This document shows positions 20,642 through 30,978 of a stretch of DNA of 64,000 bases, piece by piece (within the stretch, counting starts at the first letter, position 1; every line of letters starts with the position of its first letter). The notes beneath the pieces are model-generated. The model was not told the origin of the DNA, did not search any database, and was given only the letters and a program-made list of their open reading frames with translations. The position numbers were made by a program, and so were the translations under genes. Origin of the DNA: an uncultured bacterium (GTDB taxonomy: Bacteria > Verrucomicrobiota > Verrucomicrobiia > Limisphaerales > UBA8199); assembly GCA_963749495.1 (NCBI GenBank), contig CAVVMW010000006.1:1120001-1184000 (forward strand), given 5' to 3'.

Positions 20642-22926
20642 TTAGGCACCGTTGCGCGGTGGCGGAAGGCCCCGGCACCCGGCGCAACCGTTGCCCTTGA
20701 GCATAATGGCGCCGGTGGGGCAGACCTCGGCGGCGCGGCGGGCCGATGTGCGCAGGGCCTGCGCCATGGGCCTGGCGAAGGGGACGGCCGCAGCCACCTG
20801 GAAGCCGCGCCCGAGCAAGCAGAGGCCCAGTTCCTCGCCGGCCTGGGCGGCCACCTGCACGCACGCGCCACAGACAATGCACTTGCCAGGCTCGAAGAGG
20901 ATGTCCGGGTGCGAGGTGTCGCGGGCGAAATGGCGGCGCTGTCCGGCGAAGCGTTGGGGGTCCACGCCGGTACTCGGTGGCCAACGCGCGCAGCCGGCAA
21001 GGGATGGCCTTGCCGCAGCCGCAGCCCATGCAGCGCCGCGCCTCGCGCTGCGCGGCCTGCGGCGAAAAGCCCAGCTCGACTTGCTCAAAGGTGGCGCGCC
21101 GCCGCTCGATGGCCAGGTGCGGCATCGGGGCGCGGGCGCCCTGCTCGATGCCGCGAAGCATTGCGGCCAGTTCGTCTTCACTGAGCCTGCCCATCAGGAT
21201 GTTGACCGGCTCCGGAGCGCCGATGACCTGGCCGCCGGCCAGGTATTGGTCCAGTGAGGCGGCGGCGAGTTTGCCGGCGGCCACCGCGCGCACTGCCAGG
21301 TCCGCCCCGGTGACGGCATCGCCACCGGCGAAGACGCCGGGGAGATTGGTTGCGAGGGTCTTGGGGTCGGCGGCAATGCCCCATTTGGACAAGGTCAGCG
21401 CGCTGCCGTCCAGGGGGCCCAGGTCCACGCCCTGCCCGATGGCGGCGATCACGCACGAGGCCGCCACGGCGAATTCCGAGCCTGGAATAGGCACCGGGCG
21501 GGCGCGGCCGCTTTCATCGGGCGGGCCCAATTCCATTCGCAGGCAGGTCAGTGCCAGCTCTGCACCCTGTCGTTCGAGCCGCACCGGGGCGACAAGGAAC
21601 TCGATCTGCACGCCTTCGGCCTCGGCCGCTTCGACCTCTTCCATGAGGCAAGGCATCTCGCGGCGAGTGCGGCGGTAGAGGACGCGCACGGACTTGGCGC
21701 CCAGCCGCACGGCGCAACGGCAGGCATCCATGGCGGTGTTGCCGCCGCCCACGATGACCGCGCGGTCACCCACCACTGGCGGCGGACCGTCGGTGAGCCG
21801 CTCCAGGAAATCGAGCGCCGGCATAGCCAACTCCTCGCCGGGGCAGCCCAGGCCGCGCGAGTCTTGTGCGCCGATGGCCAGGAAGACCGCGTCGAAGTCC
21901 CGGCGCAGGCCGTCCAGGGTGAAGTCGCGGCCCAGTCTTTTGCCGAGGCGGAATTGGGCGCCCTGGTCGCGGATGAGGTTGATTTCGGCATCCAGAACGT
22001 GGCGCGGGAGCCGGAAGGCGGGGATGCCGTAGCGGAGCATTCCGCCGGGCTGCAGGTGGGCATCGAAGAGGACGACCTGATGGCCCCGCCGGAGCAGGTG
22101 GTCGGCCGCTGCAAGGCCGGCGGGACCGGCGCCGACGATGGCGACGCGCCTTCTGAGTGCGGAGTGCGGAGTGAAGAGTGCGGAATGGGGAAGTCCCGTA
22201 CCGGCACCCACGACATTCTCAGCGATTGGGTCGGAGGGAGGAGTTGCTAGTGCGGAGTGGGGAGTGCGGAGTGCGGAATCAGGAATGACGAATGACGAAT
22301 GACGAATGACGAATGAGGAGGGGGGACGGTCTGACCCGTCCGACCCGTCTGACCCGTCTGACCCGTCCGACTCGTCCGACTGGTCCGACGTGAGGCTTTG
22401 GTCGGCGGCGAAGCGGTGGAGGTTGCGGATGGAGAGCGGCTCCTGGAGGTTGCACTGGCGGCAGCGTTGCTCGCAGAGCCGAGGGCAGACCCGGCCCAGA
22501 GAGGCCGGGAGTGTGAGGTCGTCGGTCACGATGCGGGCGGCGGCGGCGAGGTCGCCTGCGGCGATGCCGGCGATGAAACTCGGGATGTCGAGCCGTGCCG
22601 GGCACCCGGTCCGGCAGGGGCCGATGCAGTCGCCGGTGTGGTCGGAGAGGAGGAGTTCGAGGGCGGTTTTGCGCGCGGCCCGGATCTCATCCGAATTGGT
22701 GACAACGTCCATGGCCTGGGCGGCGGGCATGGCGCAGGAGGGCCAGAGATTGGGGCGGCCCTGAATCTGGACGGCGCAGAGAAAACAGGAGGCGGAGGGG
22801 CTCAAGGCCCTCGACATGGCAGAGCGTCGGGATGGCGATGCCCAGCTTGCGGGCGGCCTGGAGAATGGTCTGGCCCGGCTCGACCTGGACCGGGCGGCCG
22901 TCAATGGTGAGGCAAAGGGTGGTCAC
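20642..22926 (-). CDS. [2Fe-2S] + GltD-like FAD/NAD(P)H oxidoreductase + 2x[4Fe-4S] protein (StnC/NsoC-like architecture); apparent frameshifts near 22800 and 20970
   Basis: IPTLCH, CFLC, PCRTGCP, GRVCPRLCE, VGAGPAG, GGMLRYGIP, GGGNTAMD, FAGGD, EARRCMGC, KCIVCGAC, CPTGA. Confidence 0.85.
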
Positions 22927-23122
22927 GGGAGGAAAGCCGAGGGGCGAGGGGCGAGGGACGAGGGACGAGGGACGAGGGGCGAGGGGCAGCGCCTGGTGCC
23001 CGGAACGCGCGATTCCACCCGAGTGTGGGGGTCGGACCCGTGCCTTCGGGCCCTCGGCCCTCGACCCTCGGCCCTCGGCCCTCTGCCTGAAAACTTGTAC
23101 CGGCATCTCATATGGTCACTGG

Positions 23123-25648
23123 TTAGCCCACCGCAATGGCGTCGTACGGGCACACTTGGCGGCAGGAGTCGCAGCGGGTACACTTGGCCGAGTCAATGGT
23201 GTGGCGGGCGTAAGGGGTCATCGGGATGGCGTCCACGGGGCAGCGCTGGGCGCAGAGGGTGCAGCCGGTGCAATTATCGAGCACGCGGTAGTGGATGAGG
23301 GCGGAGCACTTGCCGGCGGGACAGTGCCCGTGCAGGTGCGCCTCGTATTCGTCGCGGAAGTAACGGAGGGTAGTGAGGACCGGGTTGGGGGCGGTCTTGC
23401 CGAGGCCGCAGAGGCTGCCCTGGGTGACCTGGCGGGCGAGTTGTTCGAGTTGGAGCAGGTGCGCGGGTGAGGCCTTGCCGGCGCAAAGCAGGTCGAGCAC
23501 TTCGAGCATGCGCTTGGTCCCAACGCGGCAGAAGGTACACTTGCCGCACGACTGGTTCTGGGTGAACTGGAGGAAGTAGCGGGCGATGTCGACCATGCAG
23601 GCGGTGTCGTCGAGCACAACCAGGCCGCCGGAGCCCATGATGGCGCCGATGTCGCGCAGTGATTCGTAGTCCACGGGCGTATCGGCCAGGCGGGCCGGGA
23701 CGCAGCCGCCAGAGGGCCCGCCAATTTGCACGGCCTTGAACTTGCGTCCCTGGGCGACGCCGCCGCCGATGTCTTCGACGATCTGGCGGAGGGTGGTGCC
23801 CATGGGGATTTCGATGAGGCCGGCCCGGCGCACCTTGCCGGCCAGGGCGAAGACCTTGGTGCCCTTGCTCTTGGCGGTGCCGATGGCGGCAAAGGCCTGC
23901 GCGCCATGGCGAACGAGCCAGGGGACCAGGGCCAGCGTCTCGACGTTGTTGATGAGGGTGGGCTTGCCCCAAAGACCGGATTGGGCGGGAAAAGGCGGGC
24001 GCAGGCGCGGCATGCCGCGCCGGCCCTCGACCGAGGCGATGAGGGCGGTCTCTTCGCCGCAGACGAACGCGCCGGCGCCTTCCTTGATCGAGATGCGCAG
24101 AGGATAATCGCCGCCCAGCAGATGCTCGCCCAGCCAGCCGCGCCGCCCGCATTCGGCCAGAGCGGCCTTGATCCGCCGCAGGGCCTGGGGATACTCGTGG
24201 CGAATGTAGAAGATGGCGTCGTGCGCGCCAACCGCGAGCGCCGCGATGGCCAGCCCTTCAATGACCCGATAGGGAAACGACTCGAGGATCATCCGGTCCA
24301 TGAACGCCCCCGGGTCGCCTTCGTCGCCATTGCAGATCACGTACTTGACCTGGCCGGGCTGCTGGCGGACGACGCGCCATTTCTGGCCGGTGGGAAACCC
24401 GGCGCCGCCGCGTCCGCGCAGGCCCGACTGCTCGACGGTTTGGATGAGTTGCTCGGGGGAAAGCGGGGGCGTGCCGAGGGGCGAGGGTGGAGGGGCGAGG
24501 GTGGAGGGATGGGTGGGCGAGGGCGCGGCAGCGTTTTGGACTGCGGCAGTCCTCTGCCGCTTTTCCGGCCCCTGGGAGTCCGAAAGCGCCAGAGGACTGG
24601 CGCAGTCCAAAACCTTGCGGGCTTCAGGGGTTGGTGCGGCGGCTCCGAGGCATCTTGCCAGGGCGGCGAAGCCGTCATGGGCCAGGTATTCATCCAGGTC
24701 CAGCGGGTCGAGCCGGCCGAAGTGCTCCATGGCGATGTGGACCTGGCGCTCGAAGAAGGCGCGCAGTGCGGGGTCAGGCTGGGGCGCGGGCAGGGACTGG
24801 GCGCGGGGAGAGACCTCGTCCACCAGCAAGCTGTCCAGGGCGCGGGTCCAGGCCCGAGAAAGGCGGCGCAGCACGCCGCGGGGACGGAAGAGTCCCTGGA
24901 CCAGCTCGCCGGCTTGGGAGACTGCCAGCCCGTCATAGGTCACACTGGGCCGGCCTGGCCTGGCGACCTCGATAACGGGTGTGCGATAGCAGGCGGCGAC
25001 GCAGCCGACGCGTTTGACGGTTGCGTTGGCGCCAGTGAGCCGGAGGCCCTCCTGCAGTGCCTGGAAGACCCGGTCGGTTCCTTTGGCTACGCAACAGGAG
25101 TCGAGGCAGACTTTGATTTGGGCGCCGCCGTTTTGCGGGGCGCGGGCGGCGGGCGCGGGTTGTGCGGTGGCGGCGCGCTGGCGGGTGGCCAGGAAATCGC
25201 GGATTGCCCCCGGGACCTTCTCGGAGTTGGCGTAGCCGAAGGTCTGGTCGGCGATCCGGACCACCGGGGCGAGAGTGCAGCAGCCCAGGCAGGCGACCCG
25301 CTCCAGGGTGAATTGGCCTTGGGCGTCGATCTGCGACCCCTCGGGGATGCGCAGGTGCCGGCGCAAGGCATCTTCGACCCTCTCGGCGCCTCCCACGTGG
25401 CAGGCCGTGCCGTGGCACATCTGGACGATGTATTTTCCGGCCGGCTGGTGGCGGAACATGTCGTAAAACGAGGAGACCCCAGCGATGGCGGCGGGCGTGA
25501 TTTGGCTGGCCTGGCAAACCCGGAGCAGGGCCTCGGCCGGGAGGTAGCCATAGTGGTCCTGCATCTCCTGCAGGATTGGGATGACCGCATCGGGCTGCCG
25601 CCCGATCCGCTCCACGGCTTCATCGACGAATTTCAGGTCAACCGCCAT
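23123..25648 (-). CDS. NuoE + thioredoxin-like [2Fe-2S] + NuoF + 2x[4Fe-4S] fusion (HydBC/BfuAB-like)
   Basis: CHGTACH, ACLGCC, SCCVAKG, VGCVAAC, SGLRGRGGAGFPTG, NGDEGDPGAFMDR, CGEETALI, GGPSGGC, SCGKCTFCRVG, CTGCTLC, CTRCDSC. Confidence 0.93.
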   Translation of the reverse strand: MAVDLKFVDEAVERIGRQPDAVIPILQEMQDHYGYLPAEALLRVCQASQITPAAIAGVSSFYDMFRHQPAGKYIVQMCHGTACHVGGAERVEDALRRHLRIPEGSQIDAQGQFTLERVACLGCCTLAPVVRIADQTFGYANSEKVPGAIRDFLATRQRAATAQPAPAARAPQNGGAQIKVCLDSCCVAKGTDRVFQALQEGLRLTGANATVKRVGCVAACYRTPVIEVARPGRPSVTYDGLAVSQAGELVQGLFRPRGVLRRLSRAWTRALDSLLVDEVSPRAQSLPAPQPDPALRAFFERQVHIAMEHFGRLDPLDLDEYLAHDGFAALARCLGAAAPTPEARKVLDCASPLALSDSQGPEKRQRTAAVQNAAAPSPTHPSTLAPPPSPLGTPPLSPEQLIQTVEQSGLRGRGGAGFPTGQKWRVVRQQPGQVKYVICNGDEGDPGAFMDRMILESFPYRVIEGLAIAALAVGAHDAIFYIRHEYPQALRRIKAALAECGRRGWLGEHLLGGDYPLRISIKEGAGAFVCGEETALIASVEGRRGMPRLRPPFPAQSGLWGKPTLINNVETLALVPWLVRHGAQAFAAIGTAKSKGTKVFALAGKVRRAGLIEIPMGTTLRQIVEDIGGGVAQGRKFKAVQIGGPSGGCVPARLADTPVDYESLRDIGAIMGSGGLVVLDDTACMVDIARYFLQFTQNQSCGKCTFCRVGTKRMLEVLDLLCAGKASPAHLLQLEQLARQVTQGSLCGLGKTAPNPVLTTLRYFRDEYEAHLHGHCPAGKCSALIHYRVLDNCTGCTLCAQRCPVDAIPMTPYARHTIDSAKCTRCDSCRQVCPYDAIAVG

Positions 25649-25772
25649 AGCAGGGAAGAAATGACGAATGACGAATGACGAATGACGAATGAGCAGATTC
25701 AGGCAGCCAGCCAAACCGCCATGGGTGCTGGTTGCCGCCGCGTGACATGACTTTTTCCTTATTCGTCATTCG

Positions 25773-27539
25773 TCATTGGCGTCTTGGCGCCTCGATGCAG
25801 TAGATGTTGGTCACGCCTCGGAGGAAGAACCTGTCCTGCACGAAAGCGGGGCTGGCGTGGAAGGCGTCGGCCATGTCGGTGCGGAAGAGTTCTTTGAATT
25901 GGGGCGCGGCTTCGACCACGACCGCGGCGCCCTTTTGGGTGAAGAGGTAGAGGCGGTTTGCTGCGATGCTGGGGGAGGCATGGCACTCGGTTTCGTAATC
26001 GTGCTCCCAGAGTTTCTTGCCGTCCTTGGCATTCCAGCAGGTGAGCAGGCCGGAGGTGGTGAGGGCGAAGACCAGTTCGCCGTTGCTGGCGGGGCTGGTC
26101 ACATCCGGCACATTATCCTCGGTGGTCCAGACGACATGGGTTTTGGTGACGTCGCCCTGGCCGTCGGGGCGAATGGCGAGCAGTTTATCGGAGGGGCTGG
26201 CAACGAAGACCATCCCGCCGGCGAAGATGGGCGAGGGTGTGATTTCGCCGCTGAGCCCCTCGACGCGCCACAACTCGGCGCCATCCTCGGCGGAATAGGC
26301 AATGACCCAGGGGACGGCCAGCGTGATGATCTGGGACTTGCCGGCAGCCTCGATGAGGATCGGCGTTGCCCAGGATGCGCCCACCTTGCGCGGCTTTTGC
26401 CAAATGACTTGCCCGGTGTGGCCGTCCAGCTCGTAGAGTTTGGACCTGCCCTCCTCGCTGTCGCCTTGGTCCAGTTGCAGGATAATACGGTCGCGCCAGG
26501 TTGCCAGCGAGGTGGCGTGGCCGTAGGGGTTCTTGAGCGGGGCGAGGCTCCTGGCCCAAAGGACCTTGCCCTCGAAGCTCAGCGCCGCCAGGTCGGCGTT
26601 TGCGAAGAACACGTAGAGACGGCGCCCGTCCGAGGCCATGGACGCGGCGGCATAGCCGGTCGTGTCCGGAATTTCGCCCGGCTGAGTGGGGCTGCCGGGG
26701 ACCTTCTCGATGGGCTGGCGCCAAAGCGGCCGGCCCGTCTTGGCATCGAGGCAGAACACCTCCCGTTTGGCGGCGTCGCCGCCCGAGAAAAAGACGCGCC
26801 CGTCCCAGACAATCGGCGAGTTGAACCCGGGCGCCGGGACGGGAGATTTCCACGCCAGGCCCGCGCCGCTCTTCAGGTCCCAGCTTGCCGGGGCATTGGT
26901 AAAGGCGGAGACGCCGCCGCCGTCGGCGCCGCGAAACCGGGGCCAGTTCCGTCTCAGTTCATTCATCGGAGCGGCATCGTTGGCGGCAGGGGCGGCGCTG
27001 TCCGGGGCGCCAAGCAATTTAGCTATCGCCTCGGGGCGCTCCGGCAGCGCGCTGCTCGAGCCGAGGCGCAGGAAAAAAAGACCTGCGCCAAGGCCGGCTC
27101 CGCAGGCGGCCACGCACCATCGGGCCAGCGCGCCCGCTCGAGCCGACTGGGTCGAGGCCTCCGGGTTAGGCTGGGGCAGAGGAGGCTGTCGCTGGTAGTG
27201 CGCGACGCGCTTGGAGGCGAGAGCAAAGAGGGCGACCGCACCCAGCAACAGCCAGACGCCCGAGTTCATTCGCGACAATTGGCGGAAGTAGCGCTGACGG
27301 AGCCGCAGATCCAGTTGGCGAATGTCCTGCTTGAGTTGCTCGTCAGCCGGGCTTTGGGCCAATTTCTCCTTGTATTGTTTGAGACCGGCCGACTTGAGCG
27401 GGTCGTCTGCCCTGGTATTGAAGTGGCCCGCGAGCATCCCCAGGCCGGCCAGCAAGGCAAAGCCCCCGGCCATCCACGCGGTCAAGCGCCAGGCGCGACA
27501 CATCGAGTGCGGAGTGGGGAGTGCGGAGTGCGGGGTCAT
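25773..27539 (-). CDS. Membrane-anchored PQQ-like (BamB-type) beta-propeller protein
   Basis: Three TM segments, then NWPRFRG, GFNSPIVW and repeated G..lW blades. Confidence 0.85.
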   Translation of the reverse strand: MTPHSALPTPHSMCRAWRLTAWMAGGFALLAGLGMLAGHFNTRADDPLKSAGLKQYKEKLAQSPADEQLKQDIRQLDLRLRQRYFRQLSRMNSGVWLLLGAVALFALASKRVAHYQRQPPLPQPNPEASTQSARAGALARWCVAACGAGLGAGLFFLRLGSSSALPERPEAIAKLLGAPDSAAPAANDAAPMNELRRNWPRFRGADGGGVSAFTNAPASWDLKSGAGLAWKSPVPAPGFNSPIVWDGRVFFSGGDAAKREVFCLDAKTGRPLWRQPIEKVPGSPTQPGEIPDTTGYAAASMASDGRRLYVFFANADLAALSFEGKVLWARSLAPLKNPYGHATSLATWRDRIILQLDQGDSEEGRSKLYELDGHTGQVIWQKPRKVGASWATPILIEAAGKSQIITLAVPWVIAYSAEDGAELWRVEGLSGEITPSPIFAGGMVFVASPSDKLLAIRPDGQGDVTKTHVVWTTEDNVPDVTSPASNGELVFALTTSGLLTCWNAKDGKKLWEHDYETECHASPSIAANRLYLFTQKGAAVVVEAAPQFKELFRTDMADAFHASPAFVQDRFFLRGVTNIYCIEAPRRQ

Positions 27540-27540
27540 G

Positions 27541-29138
27541 TCAGGGGATTGGGCTTGCGCAATTGATCGGACCGGTCGGACTGGTCGGACTTGTCGGACT
27601 GGTCTGGGCGGTGGGCACGATGCCGCGCCGGAGCAATTCGTTGGGGCAATACTCGAGGCAGCGGGCGCAGGCCAGGCAGGCGCCGCGGTCCGGTTCGTAA
27701 TCGGCGCGTTGGCGGCGAACGGAGAGGCTCAGGAGCTTGGCGCCGACGACGAGGCCGACCCAGGCGCCAAAAAGCCAGCCGCCCAGGCGGAACTTGTGCT
27801 GGATGGCGGCGGCCTGGGCCAGGAGGGCTTGTGGGTTTTGCCGGGCGCGTTCGAGGTCCAGGTCGTCTGCGGCCAGGGCGCCGGTCTTGGGCGGGGTGTC
27901 GCGCTCGAGCACGAATCGGTGCGCGAGACTGACGCTGGGGTGCAGGCGGGAGGCGGGAACAGCCAGGCGCCCGCCGAGCCAGGCGCCAGCGGCCACGAGC
28001 GCCGGCAACAGCAGGAGCAGCCAGGCCAGCCGCCGCCGGTCCAGGGCGAGCGTTCTGGGTTCGGGCTTGCCTGACTCGGGCCGGCGCATGGCACCGAAGG
28101 GACAGGAACTCTCGCACAACCGGCATTGGGTGCAGGAACCGGGCGTCACGCGCAGGCGCCACTTGGCAACGGAACCGGCCAGCTTGAGCAGGGCGCCGTA
28201 AGGGCAGAGGAACCGGCAGTAGGGCCGCCCGACGAACACGCCCAGCACGAGCAGGCCCGCCCCCACCAGCACCATCAGCGTTCGGCCGCTCATCCGGAAT
28301 ACGGGGATGAACGGGTCGTATTCGCAAATAATGAGGGCGCTGCCGGTGGCCGCAAAGAGCACCGCCCCGCCCAGATAGATGAACGGCAGGATGCCCAGGC
28401 CCTGTTCGAGCCAGAAGGGCAGTTTCACAGGCTTGAGCAGGAGCAGATCCTGCAACGCGCCGTGGGGACACACCCCGGCGCAGAAGGCCCGGCCGACGAA
28501 CAACGCGAGGGCCAGCGGCAGCACGAAAAAGGCGATCACCGCCACCGGCACGGCATAGGCCGGGTCGCCCAGGGCCTGCGCTATGTTCTGCAACGAGCCA
28601 ATAGCGCAAACGCAGCCCTTGCGCCAGAACCCGAAGTAGAGCAGCGAGAACATCGAGAGCGCCACCAGGCCCCGGCGCGAGCGGCGCCTATAGATCAGCC
28701 AGGTCGCCAGGCCCAGCGCCGCCGCCAGAACGGCGACATCCAGATACTGGAGCGCCAGCGCCCGCGCCGCAGGCATGGCGCTCACCGGGAGCTGATGGTT
28801 GGTCTCGACAAAATCGGGCGGGGGAAACCGCTGCTCGGCACGCGCACTGACTGGGCAGAAGAGAGCAGGCCGGCCGCCAGAGCGCAAAGGCGGAGGACGG
28901 AGGACGGAGGACGGAGGACGGAGATCGGAAATTTGAAATTGAAAATTGAAAATTGAAAATTGAAAATTGAAAATTTGAAATCTGAGATCTGAGGTTTGGA
29001 AGGCGCGGCTGACGAAGCACAGGAGGGAGCGGGCATCGCGCCCTCCGGCCTCCGCCCTCCGGCCTCCGCCCTCCGGCCTCCGCCCTCCGGCCTCGGGCTT
29101 CCGCACTCCGCACTCCGCATTCTGCACTCCGCACTCAT
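27541..29138 (-). CDS. NapH/NosR-like membrane protein with 4Fe-4S motifs; apparent frameshift near 28860
   Basis: GRAFCAGVCPHGALQD, RPYCRFLCPYGAL, CTQCRLCESSCP, CLACARCLEYCP; signal peptide split across frames; ATG at 29138 abuts the upstream TAG. Confidence 0.82.
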
Positions 29139-29711
29139 CTAGTGGCTGATGGTCTTGAGCAGGTACGGGTGCTGGGCCGGCACACGGCGGAAGGCATCGC
29201 CGGGGCAGACTTTGGAGATGGCGCATTCGTTGCAATTGACACAGCGGTCGTGGCGGACCTGGAGGAAGAGGGAGCCGTTGCCGAAGCGGTTGCAGCCCTC
29301 GACACATTTGGCGCAACCGATGCAGAGCCGTTCGTCAATGGTGTATTCGTAATAGGGGTCCTCGACAAAAGAGCGTTTGATGGCGGCCGTGGGGCAGAGG
29401 CAGTTTTCGGCGCCGGTGTTGAGGTCGTTGGGCGAGGGCTCGAAATAGCCGGTGCAGAGCTGGCAATAGCCGCAGATGGCGAAGGCATGGACGCACTTGA
29501 CGGCGGATTGTTCGAGCACGCAGTGGGTGGCGCAGTGGTCGCAGCGCAGGCACCGCTGGGGGTCGATTTGCCAAACCGTGCCGTTGGCCGTGGCGCGCCC
29601 GGCGACGACGCCGAGCAGGCCGCCCAGGCCCGTGATGGCTGCGGCGCGGGCGCCCTCGCGCAGGAATTGCCGCCGGCTGACCGGCGCGGGGCTGGAGGGT
29701 TGATCGGCCAT
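29139..29711 (-). CDS. Tat-exported polyferredoxin
   Basis: SRRQFL signal; CLRCDHCATHC, CGYCQLC, CIGCAKCVEGC, CVNCNEC. Confidence 0.88.
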   Translation of the reverse strand: MADQPSSPAPVSRRQFLREGARAAAITGLGGLLGVVAGRATANGTVWQIDPQRCLRCDHCATHCVLEQSAVKCVHAFAICGYCQLCTGYFEPSPNDLNTGAENCLCPTAAIKRSFVEDPYYEYTIDERLCIGCAKCVEGCNRFGNGSLFLQVRHDRCVNCNECAISKVCPGDAFRRVPAQHPYLLKTISH

Positions 29712-29722
29712 GCTCTGCTGCC

Positions 29723-30748
29723 TTACGCCAACGGTTCCATCACGCGCACGTCCGCAACAACCAAGTCCAGGACATAGATGCGGCCTCCAGCGTCGGCGGC
29801 GGCGTCCAGGCCGCCCAGCGAACCGTCGGCGGTGTCGTGCAGAGAGCCGGCCCTGGCGTTTTCCGGGAATGACTCGGGCCCGGCCACGACGCTCTCGAAG
29901 GCGCCCTGGGCGGAATAGATTTTGACGCGCGGGAGGCCCTTTTCGCACGTGACGAGGCGGCCATCGGACAAGAGGGCCAGGCCGACGGGATTGCAGCAAC
30001 CGCAGAAGCCCTCGATGGCGGCGGTCGGTTTGCCCCAGGACGACTCGAGGTCGCCCTGCGCCGTATAGACCTCGACGCGATGGCGTCCGGGATTGTTTAC
30101 CCGCAGCAGCCCGTCCCGGCCCACTTTCACATCGAGGTAGGGGCTGGGGACGATCAGGCCGGGGATGTTCCGGCCGTTGTTCTTGTCCCCGATGCGGCCG
30201 GCCAGTTTGCCCGAGCGGTCGTAACGGAGCACGACGCGGTTGCCGGCATCGGCCACAAACACGTCGTTGCCAGCCACGGCCAAACCGGTGAACCAGACCT
30301 TCTTGCCCGGGGATTCCCAGGCGGCCTGGCGCCGGCCTTTGGAGTCGAGCACCTCGACATGGTCGCGCAGGCCGGTGTAAATGGTTCCATCGGGAGCAAC
30401 CGCGATGCACCGCGCCGGGGCCGGCAGGGCCATCTGGGCCAGAGGCGCGCCCTGGCCATCCAGGACGTTCACGCCGTTCCTGGCGGCGATGTAAAGGCGG
30501 TTGTCCGGGCCCAGGGCCAGCCGGCGCGGCGCCGGGCCGGGGCAGGCAAAGCGGGCGGCCTGACGATAGCGGATGAGCTTGGGGTCGGTCTTGCTGAGCC
30601 GGTCGAGGTCATAGGCGAAGGGATTGGCGTTTGGCGGGGCTGCAGCGGCGGCGGCCAGCGAGGCCCCGCCCGCCGCCAGCCATCCGGCTCCGCCCGCGCT
30701 TTGCCGGATGAACCGGCGCCGGCTGATTCTCTGGCTTCGGTCTCTCAT
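29723..30748 (-). CDS. Tat-exported NHL-repeat beta-propeller with GFCGCCNP motif
   Basis: SRRRFI signal; VFVADAGNRVV, NNPGRHRVE; ATGA overlap with the upstream gene. Confidence 0.82.
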   Translation of the reverse strand: MRDRSQRISRRRFIRQSAGGAGWLAAGGASLAAAAAAPPNANPFAYDLDRLSKTDPKLIRYRQAARFACPGPAPRRLALGPDNRLYIAARNGVNVLDGQGAPLAQMALPAPARCIAVAPDGTIYTGLRDHVEVLDSKGRRQAAWESPGKKVWFTGLAVAGNDVFVADAGNRVVLRYDRSGKLAGRIGDKNNGRNIPGLIVPSPYLDVKVGRDGLLRVNNPGRHRVEVYTAQGDLESSWGKPTAAIEGFCGCCNPVGLALLSDGRLVTCEKGLPRVKIYSAQGAFESVVAGPESFPENARAGSLHDTADGSLGGLDAAADAGGRIYVLDLVVADVRVMEPLA

Positions 30749-30978
30749 GTGGAACCTCCGGGCGCGGCGCCCCTGGCGGAAAGGGCTTGCGGCAGGCCGC
30801 ACGAGGCGAACCGGGCGCAGCCGCCGCAGAGACCGCGGCCGGCGCAGTCCGCGCCCGCAGGACCCCGCCTCCGCGCCGCCAGACTGGTGGCGGCGGCCAA
30901 CAGGGCCAGCAGCCCGCCGCGGGCAACGGCGCGTAGAAACTCACGCCGGTTCTCGGGCCTTTGCGGAAGAGCGCGCAT
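30745..30978 (-). CDS. Small Tat-signal protein with four Cys (C-x5-CxxC-x5-C)
   Basis: NRREFL plus hydrophobic stretch; first gene of the operon, stop overlaps the next start. Confidence 0.7.
   Translation of the reverse strand: MRALPQRPENRREFLRAVARGGLLALLAAATSLAARRRGPAGADCAGRGLCGGCARFASCGLPQALSARGAAPGGST

Noticed and set aside
23123..25648. Respiratory complex I or hydrogenase operon
   Set aside because: No other nuo genes and no H-cluster or NiFe motifs
14577..30978. Selenoprotein or tRNA-Sec in the window
   Set aside because: SelD has TGC (Cys); I saw no in-frame TGA at Cys motifs of the redox genes and no selC-like sequence, by eye only
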